A stretch of 56,398 nucleotides of DNA, filler included, from Sphacelaria rigidula (lineage: Eukaryota), in assembly GCA_964200075.2 (NCBI GenBank). It is 4 parts of 4 records of this genome, joined end to end, with 100 filler letters (N's around TTAATTAATTAA, not from the genome) between each part and the next. Parts side by side here need not be neighbours in the genome. Positions count along the whole stretch, not along the records: positions 42,376 to 56,398 come from CAXNAA020002507.1; 3 more parts are not named here. The stretch is one strand, 5' to 3'. The position numbers were made by a program, and so were the translations under genes. This document shows, piece after piece, positions 48,494 to 56,398 of the stretch. The notes beneath the pieces are model-generated. The model made no database searches, was not told the origin of the DNA, and saw only the letters and a program-made list of their open reading frames with translations. Numbering within the stretch: the first letter of the stretch is position 1; every line of letters starts with the position of its first letter.

Positions 48494-48632
48494 CCCTTTG
48501 GGAACTAGGCCCCGAGGGAGTGCTGATTTTTGTTTTGGTGAAACGGCATCATTTTCAGTCATTTTCAAGTCAAAATGATGCCGATTCACAAAGATTCACA
48601 AAACAAGAATCAGCACTTGCGTTCCCAAAGGG
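48494..48632. mobile_element. piggyBac-like MITE
   Basis: TCAA-CCCTTTGGGAAC ... GTTCCCAAAGGG-TTAA with a palindromic interior. Confidence 0.75.
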
Positions 48633-51600
48633 TTAACCTGAGTATATGGTAAAGGTACACGCGACTTGTAGTAGAGGAACGCGTGATTTGTTTTTTTAAT
48701 TCTGTGACCGCGGCACCGAAACAGCAGCAAGATTAAAATAAATTGCTCTCGCAGTAAAAGGGTCCATCGAGATGTTGTCTGTAAAATCTAGTACCGAATG
48801 TATATTATACATTCATCAAACGCGTGCCACCGCCTACTGTATCGTACGCACAACTTTGTTGCGCAACTGGGGAAGCGTGATGTCGTTACCCTTGCCGCCC
48901 GTTACTGCGCGAGACTGTTGAGTGAAACCGTAATGCTGCCCTGTAACTTTGACTGATTTATTGATTATCTCACATTAGCTGATTGCAAAAATCCAGCCCG
49001 TGGTCAGGAGCAGCAAAAAAAAGTGCGGAATAAGGAAAAAGTAAAGGAACAGAAAAATACAGAAGCAACAGCCACAGAAAGGGAAGAAGAAAGCAGCGCG
49101 AAAACAGCGACAACAACAACAACAATAACAAACAAACACACAAACACAAACACAAACAACACAACGAGATGACTTTTTCGCATTACGTAGCTGATTGCAA
49201 CACTACGACTCGTGACCAGAAACAAAACGGGAAAAGAAATGGAGAAAAATGAAAGAAATGAAAAAAATCAGAAGAAATAATGTAGATAAAGGAATACAAG
49301 AAACAAAAAGACAGAACCAGGCTCGTTTCCGGGTGGGGGGGATACACAGACAAAACAAAAAACAGACAAGAAACCGGCAGGAACAGGAGCTGAACAAATC
49401 AGAGATAAGAACCAAACACAATCCTTCACATATCTGGCGTAGGCTATGATGAGTTGGTATTGGCACTGTCGGTCCCAGGTGCTGTCGGTGCATCTTGGCC
49501 TGCAGCTTTCGCGTGCCGTACCGCTGCCTCTGCGTCATCATTTTGCCACCAAACCGCCATAAACCTTCCTAGGCCCTGGTAGTCCACCCCTGCCACTCGA
49601 TACCGGACGCCTTCATGTCTTCCGCTAGGCAGCGGATCCAGTCCTTATTCCTGCGGTTAAGCTCTCCTTGTTGCCCCTTCACGGCTATAATGTCATTGAA
49701 AATGACGTGTTTCGGTATCCGTCCGGGTGATATGCGCGTGACGAAACCGGCGAAGTGGAGTCTCCTCTTCCTCACCATCGCCTCGATGCTTTCGCACCCT
49801 GTCCTCGCTAGGGTCTCTCGGTATGACAGAAGGTGCTCTGTGCACTTGCGCTTGTGCCACCCAAGACAGCGCCTGAGAAACGCATGGTGGCCTGTGCGCA
49901 GTAAACTGTAGTACGCGTTGAGAGGGGTCCATGTGACGCACCCACACAGGAGCGCCTCGACAGCCACGACTCTGATCATGCGGACCTTGAAGTAGACGGC
50001 CGCGTTCGGTCGATTGTAGAGCTGGACTTTGTACTGATGGTAGTTCGACCATGCCCGTTGCACGCGCTTTTCGATTTCCACGGAAGGATCGCCGTCCTCC
50101 GTGATTGACCCCCTCAGGTATAAAAAGTTTCTTGTTCGTTTGTATACCTGGCCAGCCGCGTTGATGTCGAGGTGCCCCGCCGGTGAGTGGAGTCGCATGG
50201 TATTTGTCTTTGCTTCCGACACGGTCAACCCGAACTTTCCGCAGATCATCACAATCACCGCCATCATCTTCTCAAGGGTCGATGATGTCCGCGAGATGAT
50301 GCAGGCGTCATCGATGTACAGCATACTCCATAAGGACCGTACCTCTTCCGCTGCGATTGCTGTGGCCACGTCTGGCTTGTCCCATGCTATCGCACATTCC
50401 TGTTGGAAATCTCCCTTTCCGCGCTTACGGACTCGCACGAGATCCCCCGAGATGTCAGGATCGTCGCGGAAGGTTGCCAGGGCCACCGTGAGCACTGCCG
50501 TGAAAACAAGTTGAACAGTAGTGATGCTAGGACGCATCCTTGTCGGAGTCCCTGCCCGATGTCGAACCATTCGGAGTATTCCCCATCATTCGTGCGCACC
50601 CGAGCTTGCATACCATCATGGAATTGGCGGATGGTCGAGTGCATGATGGGTGGGACGCCATAGCGTTCCAGGACTTCCCACAGCAATGGGCGGTCGACAG
50701 AACCGTACGCTTTCGTGAGGTCGACGAAACAAATGTAAAGCGGGATCTGTCGTCTCCGGCCAAGTTCCTGGAGTCGTCAAACGGTGAACATCATGTCGAC
50801 GGTTGAGCGTCCGGGGCAGAAGCTGCACTGCTCTTCAGGCAGAATTCTATTGCCCTCGCAGTAGGTGCTAAGGCGGCGGGCGATTATCTTGAGGAGCACG
50901 AGGACACGAGGAAAATTCCTCTGTTGTTTCCGCCTTCCGTCCGATCGCCCTTTTTGTGGAGAACTATGATGGTGGCATCCTTCCATTATTGTGGTACGAC
51001 TACTCCGCCCCAGATGTCAATGGTGATAGCGTGGAATCTCTGTAGTTCGTTAGTGTCGTCGCCGTCGACGAGTATCTTCAGCAGTTCAGCCAGCAGTTCA
51101 TCTGGGCCGACGGCTTTTCCGTCTGACATTAATCGTATGGCATCCGCTGTCTCGTCTATCGTAGGCACCACGTCTAGCGACGTGCTCGAAAGTCGCGCCC
51201 GGAGTTGGTCGATGACTGCTGGGTTGAGGTGGGGCGACTTGGTGTTGAGGAGGGTGTAAAACCGCTGGACCCACCGCGGGCGGATGAGCTGCACGTCTCT
51301 GAGCAGTCGACCCTTGTTGTCGCGGATATATTGCTTCTGTGAGCTACATGGTTTCCTCCCTCAGACATCGATTCCCTTCAGATGCCTGTATAAACTGCGT
51401 TGGTCACCTTCCGCGACGTGCGCTTCAAGTCGGCTGACGTAGGTCTCAAAGAATCTCTTCACCGCATCTGCTCTAACACGACGGAGTTCCTTGTTGGTGT
51501 TTTCAACACGTTTTTGAGGTTGGTGTCAGTGGGCGTTGACATTGATGCCCTCCGTGCTGTTTCCCTCGCCATCCATACAGTGTGGATCTTTGCCTTGGTC

Positions 51601-51919
51601 TCGGCACTCGCGCACCAGCCGTGGGAGCCTCGTTGGTTTCTCTCGTGGGGCACGGTGTCTGCTGCGGCGGATATCAGTATCTTGGTGAGGCCTGCAGCCA
51701 TCTCAGCGGTGGCAGCATCTCTAGGCAAGGGGTCGAGACGGAAGGCCGTTTGCAACGCCATTGCTCTCAACTCTAGGTCAACCATCAGCCTTTCAAGGTC
51801 GGTGGTTCTGGGTCTTGGTACATGTTTCCGCATTTTACGATCTGGCGCGAAGCGACCACGAAACTGAACCTTTGCAGATACGAGGTCACGATCAGACTCG
51901 CGTTTTCCGGTGGTGGGCG

Positions 51920-51980
51920 TACTCATTTGTTGCTTGCCTTAGTCGTTTGACCATTGACCACGCATCCCTTTCGAGACGGG
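51920..51980 (-). mobile_element. 61-bp 3' tip of the GAGTA-ended retroposon inserted in the RTE endonuclease domain
   Basis: Perfect 14-bp TSD TCCGGTGGTGGGCG (51906-51919 and 51981-51994). Confidence 0.92.
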
Positions 51981-52916
51981 TCCGGTGGTGGGCGGCGGAC
52001 GGAGATATTGCGTACGAGTTCTCGGTCCGTCTGTCTGGTGAGGATGTAGTCAAGGCGATAGCGTCTCTTTCGAGGGTTGGAGCTTCGGAAAGTGTACGAG
52101 ATACCCCGCTTGGGTGTTTTGAAGAACGCATTGAGCACGGTAAGGTGTTGTTCCTCTGCGAAGGCCAGTAGCCTCTCACCGTTATTGTTCAGTACATCCC
52201 GCCCGTGTTCGCCAAGTGCCTTGCTATCACTCTCTCCACCCCACCCACCCCGTTCTCCAGTGCGGGCGTTGGCATCCATCATGACGAATAGATGTTCCCT
52301 GCCAGGTACCTGTGAGATGGTATAGGATACGTCATTTCAAAACTTGTTTTTGTCGCGCAGCGAAGAGCGGTCTCCGTCGGGGCATATCCAACTACAAATG
52401 ATACTGCGTTGAATTTGCCGTGCAGTTCAAGTTTCACCTCAATAAGTCGAGCACTGAGGTACTCCACTGTAGCACCTTTTTCTCCCATCTCCAGGATTGA
52501 CTCCTTGATAGCGATCCCTACCCCATGTTGTCCTGCCCTCCCCCCTTAGCCCCGCTTGTGCCACCAGAATAGGATACCGTAAATCCCGCCGCACTGGACA
52601 CCGATCGGTCATCTCTTCTAGTTCCTTGCAAACCTATGACATCGCAGCCTAGACTCTGACAAGGTTTCAGGGCAATCTCGCTGTGGCCAATGTCGTTCGC
52701 ACCTTTGAAAGCGAGCGTGCGGACATTGTAGGTGCCGACAGTAAGCTCGCCGATCCTGGCCCTCGCCCTCGCATTCTTTTTTCTCTTGTCGGCAGCCCTC
52801 CGATCTGCTCATCTCCTGCGCCTCTTTTCCGAACGGCGAGTTTTTCTCTTCTGTCCCTTTATATGTAAGTGTATATATCTGTTATAAAATTGACATTGCT
52901 CCGTGCGTGCTTATTA

Positions 52917-53159
52917 TCAGATATGGTTTCGGGGGCAGCAGTCCCGACATGCCTCGACCGGTTCCACCACCGCATTGTTTCTTGTGCTTATACGCGTGTA
53001 AATGCCTAGCAGCTCTACTCTCCTTGCTACGAATACCACGCTTCCGGCGACGGTTACCGGTGCCGCTGCCGCGGGCTGTGTAGCCGCGGAGAACTTTGCC
53101 GTTGAAAAAACCTCCGTCGGGCAGAACTCCGCCGCATCAGGATTTAGTACCGTCATCAT
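52917..53159 (-). CDS. Short ORF (80 aa) directly upstream of the RTE APE-RT ORF, with an N-terminal PAM2-like motif
   Basis: MMTVLNPDAAEFCPTE matches the PAM2 consensus LNxxAxEFxP. Same strand as the LINE, ending about 50 nt before the APE-RT region. Confidence 0.5.
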   Translation of the reverse strand: MMTVLNPDAAEFCPTEVFSTAKFSAATQPAAAAPVTVAGSVVFVARRVELLGIYTRISTRNNAVVEPVEACRDCCPRNHI

Positions 53160-53371
53160 CGTCGAGCGTGAGCAGCAGGTGGGGAAGCAAGACGGTTGCT
53201 ACCCTATTACTGTCGTTGCTGTTGTTACTACCGTCGACGATGATGCCTTTTCTCTACACTTCAGGTGTGTGCGTGCAGGGTTGCAGTTCACACACCCGCC
53301 CCAGGTCGGGAGGCAGCCCGGGGAGGGAAAGGTCTGATATCGGTATTTAGCTGTCTCAGTAGCGTAACATG

Positions 53372-55430
53372 TACAGTTATGGGCGTGCCTGACCCGCCAA
53401 AATGAGCCCAAAAAGTGTCACCGACCAAAAGCACGAACAGACCGGAGATGTCGTTCATCCTCTGACTATGCACGCCGCAAAATCCCTCAAGGTACTTGTG
53501 ATTTGAGTAGGGTTACCATTCCACGCTTTAGAAGTTTTCTTGTTCCGGAGGACGAACCACGGCGTGGCTCGGCTAGTCACCGGTGTGTATTTGTCCAAGC
53601 TACAATTGTACCGGGTTGGTTTTACCTGAGATGTTACGGTGATCGAAAAATTCGCAAAAAAAACATGTTTTTTTTCACTTAATTCGTTATAAAACTCGCA
53701 TCCTGATAAAATAAAATAAAAATTCAACCGGTACAATTGTAGCTGTCGTCTTGGTGCAGATGATGCAAAAAGTCGCATCCCAATCGATGGCCGTGGCGAT
53801 GAGTATTCTCTGAGACAGATTGGGCTGTGATCGCAAACGCGCACCTCCAACCCTCACCGGTCTCCACAAAACGCGAAAACCTCACCCCTGTCTAACGGCC
53901 TCGGAATAGATGACACCCATGAAGGACTCTTGATCGTGCAGATTGTTGATACATCGGATATGTGGAATGTTGTAGAATTTGAACCTTCGACCGAGCCCCC
54001 AGAAGCAAGAATCATCTTCGCGACCTCGCAGCAGCGCAGAGAACAAATTTTAACCCTAGCCCTAACGAAGGCATACCGAGAACCATCGGGCAAGGCGGGT
54101 GCAACGTGTTTCGTAAGCGAAGGGTGCGTTGCCAGACCTCAAATCGGAGCCCCAGGCGCCGATTTAGACAAGAACGCGTTCTGGGACGCTAGGAGAATGC
54201 TAGGAGCATAGCCCCCATGAAAAATCCGGATTTCGGTTTTCACACCAAGATCAAGATTGACCGACTCACGCTCCCGAATGGGAAAGTATACTGCGCCAAG
54301 ACGACAAAACAGACCGCATAAAGTCGTCGGCCCACTTTCGCTAGAGCCACATGGCACCGAAGCCCCAATCATGTCTTTCAGTGTACCCACCCGTCCTAAG
54401 ACACGCATCTATTGTATCGGCAATGGTGGGTGATCAACGACCGTTTGTTTTCATTTCCTCTTGCAAAACAATATCTTTGGAGTCCGATAAACCTAGACTG
54501 CGAGGCGGAGTGCATCTGGACCATGTATACTTTTTTTAAGTGAAAAATGATGCGGATTCACCACGTGATCAATCGTCGCGGTCAAAGGGTGAATTAATAT
54601 CATATTCATGAATTGAAAAGTCATGCCCACGGAACAAATATATTTGCACAAGGCGAGTCGTTCCTCCGACAAAAGCTGTGGAATGATGGCAGCCGATGAA
54701 TCAAGTTCCTCAAAACATGACGAGGTTGTGGACCAACACCCGCCCAGCCCACATTACACACCCTGTGACTAATTGTACTCCACTCGTCTGTGTAAGGGCC
54801 GTCCCGGTTGAAGTTCATCAGTACATTTGGCTCATTTTGGCCCAGTTTCGATCCGCATCCCCTCCCAAAAATGGTTCAGTTTGCTGGTTTAAGTTACTGG
54901 CGTTGGGCTACAAATGTTCATGGTTGATATTACTTGATTTGAGTGTTATAACGAGAATCGGAATTTGAGTAGGGCTGACGATCCCGTCTGGTCCTCGGAT
55001 GCGCACAACGCGTTTTCGTTGAAATCGGCGCCACAGAAGCCGATTTGGGGTCTACCAAGGCCTCACTTTCTTCAGGGAATGTATGTACCGCCCTTGACTG
55101 AGTGTTCTCGGTGTGATATGGGTTGGTTCAACCCAATCAGTCTCCTTGCATGCCAGGGTATCACAAGCGCGGACGAAAGGCGGCGACGCAATGGCATGTA
55201 ATATATGAGGAACAACAGAAATAACGGTAGGGTTCTGATTTTATATGACAGTCCACATTTTTTCGATATGAATTCTGGATCCATGCCGTTCTCTTCCGAT
55301 GACGTAAGGCGCATTTTACTCCACGAGCCTGGATAAGCCCAAGAAGTCGGTCTGCTCGTGTCTGTTCGTGGTATTGGTCGGTGACACTTTTTTTGCCCAA
55401 TTTGGGGGGTCAGGCGCGCCCATAACAGTG
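53372..55430. mobile_element. About 2-kb non-autonomous TIR element containing nested repeats
   Basis: Inverted ends of about 70 bp: GTTATGGGCGTGCCTGACCC..AAAAGTGTCACCGACCAA..CACGAACAGAC at 53376-53441 and its reverse complement at about 55361-55428. No TSD seen. Confidence 0.7.
53603..53739. mobile_element. Tc1/mariner-type MITE
   Basis: TA-CAATTGTACCGG ... CCGGTACAATTG-TA. Confidence 0.75.
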
Positions 55431-55630
55431 CCCAGAACTTTGTAGGCCATTTTACGGTATTCAGAGATGACGAGGCTAGATTGAACCAGACTGAAGCATG
55501 TAGCGTATCGGACCCTCTGCTAGACGAGGGCGGGTCGTCGGCGTACTGTTCCCCATTTTTTTAGAAAAAATGACTGTAACTCCCACATTACAGGCTGGGC
55601 CGCCCAAGAAGCCACCAGGAATGTTGAAAC

Positions 55631-56300
55631 GCATTTTCTTCGCTCAATTTTGGATCGTTTTCGATTAAATTTTGAAACGATGTATAGGACGCATGTGCGA
55701 ACACCTCGCCTTCCATCCCCTGTTTTTGTTTTTGTTTTCTTCGTGAGTTATTAGCAATTTCGTTCCGTAAAAAATGTTCTGAAATGTTTCTTCGCCGATA
55801 ACTCACGGAGAAAACAAAAACAAAAACAGGGGATGGAAGATGAGGCGTTTGCACATACGTCCTGTACATCGTGTCGAAATTTCATCGAAAACGATCCAAA
55901 TTTAAGCGAAGAAAATGCATCATTCCGTCGACAAGCGGTTTCTATAGTGTAGGGGGGGGGGGGGGGGGGATGTACCCATGATCATGCATGCCATAGTTAT
56001 CAGACCATTGACCAGTTACGAATAATTGAAACGCATTTCCTGCGCTCAATTTTGGATCGTTTTCGATTAAATTGTGACACGATGCACAGGACGTATGGGC
56101 AAATACCGAACCTTTCCTCCTTCTTTTTTCTTGTTTTGTCTTTCTGCGTGAGTTATTGTCGATTTTGTTCCGGTAAAATGTTCTGAAATGTTCCGTCCCC
56201 AATAACTCACGAAGAAAAGGGAAAAAGCACACGGGAGGAACAAAGGGGTGTTTGCACATATTTCCTGTACATGATGTCAAAAATTCATCGAAAACGACTG
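55631..56300. repeat. Two adjacent copies of a foldback element (about 55631-55920 and 56027-56300)
   Basis: Each copy reads GCATTT..CGCTCAATTTTGGATCGTTTTCGAT ... CGTGAGTTAT..ATAACTCACG ... ATCGAAAACGA and is self-complementary. Confidence 0.85.
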
Positions 56301-56398
56301 AGTATTGAGCTCGGGAATCGTGCCACAGCTTGTGCGGCACCACGCGGCACAAAACTGACTGTAACCGAAAATCCAATCTCAGCCGTTTTCTTTTGGCT

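Larger units (their letters stand above)
49010..53340 (-). mobile_element. Near full-length degenerate RTE-clade LINE with a TTG/TTTG-rich 3' tail
   Basis: [84 protein letters not shown]. Many frameshifts. Both limits are approximate. Confidence 0.92.

Overview
Eukaryotic, intron-containing, transposon-rich DNA. It is most likely a brown alga or related stramenopile, inferred from a bipartite plastid-targeting N-terminus, long TE-filled introns and TTAGGG-like repeats. The window is not one locus. It is four unrelated scaffolds of nearly identical length (14026, 14026, 14023, 14023 bp) joined by 100-nt N spacers that contain the six-frame stop linker TTAATTAATTAA. Scaffold 1 has a divergent gene pair (first exon of a kynurenine-3-monooxygenase-like flavoprotein; a complete 3-exon ABHD14-like hydrolase) and the last two exons of a HAD-like hydrolase. 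Scaffold 2 is a pile of retroelements: an RTE LINE, a Copia, a deleted gag-integrase element and a Ty3/Gypsy element with a chromodomain plus an extra Tudor-like C-terminal domain. Scaffold 3 has a terminal exon of a membrane protein, a tRNA-derived SINE family and many MITEs. Scaffold 4 has the last exon of a proteasome beta-1-like subunit and a second RTE LINE preceded by a short ORF with a PAM2 motif. The best novelty candidates are: (i) a tail-less LINE/SINE-like family that ends in ...ATGAGTA and inserts at C-rich targets with 9-17 bp TSDs; (ii) the PAM2-motif ORF upstream of the RTE; (iii) the chromo+Tudor-like integrase tail; (iv) Sola-like GAG...CTC MITEs with 4-bp TSDs. All family assignments come from reading motifs by eye; no database searches were run.
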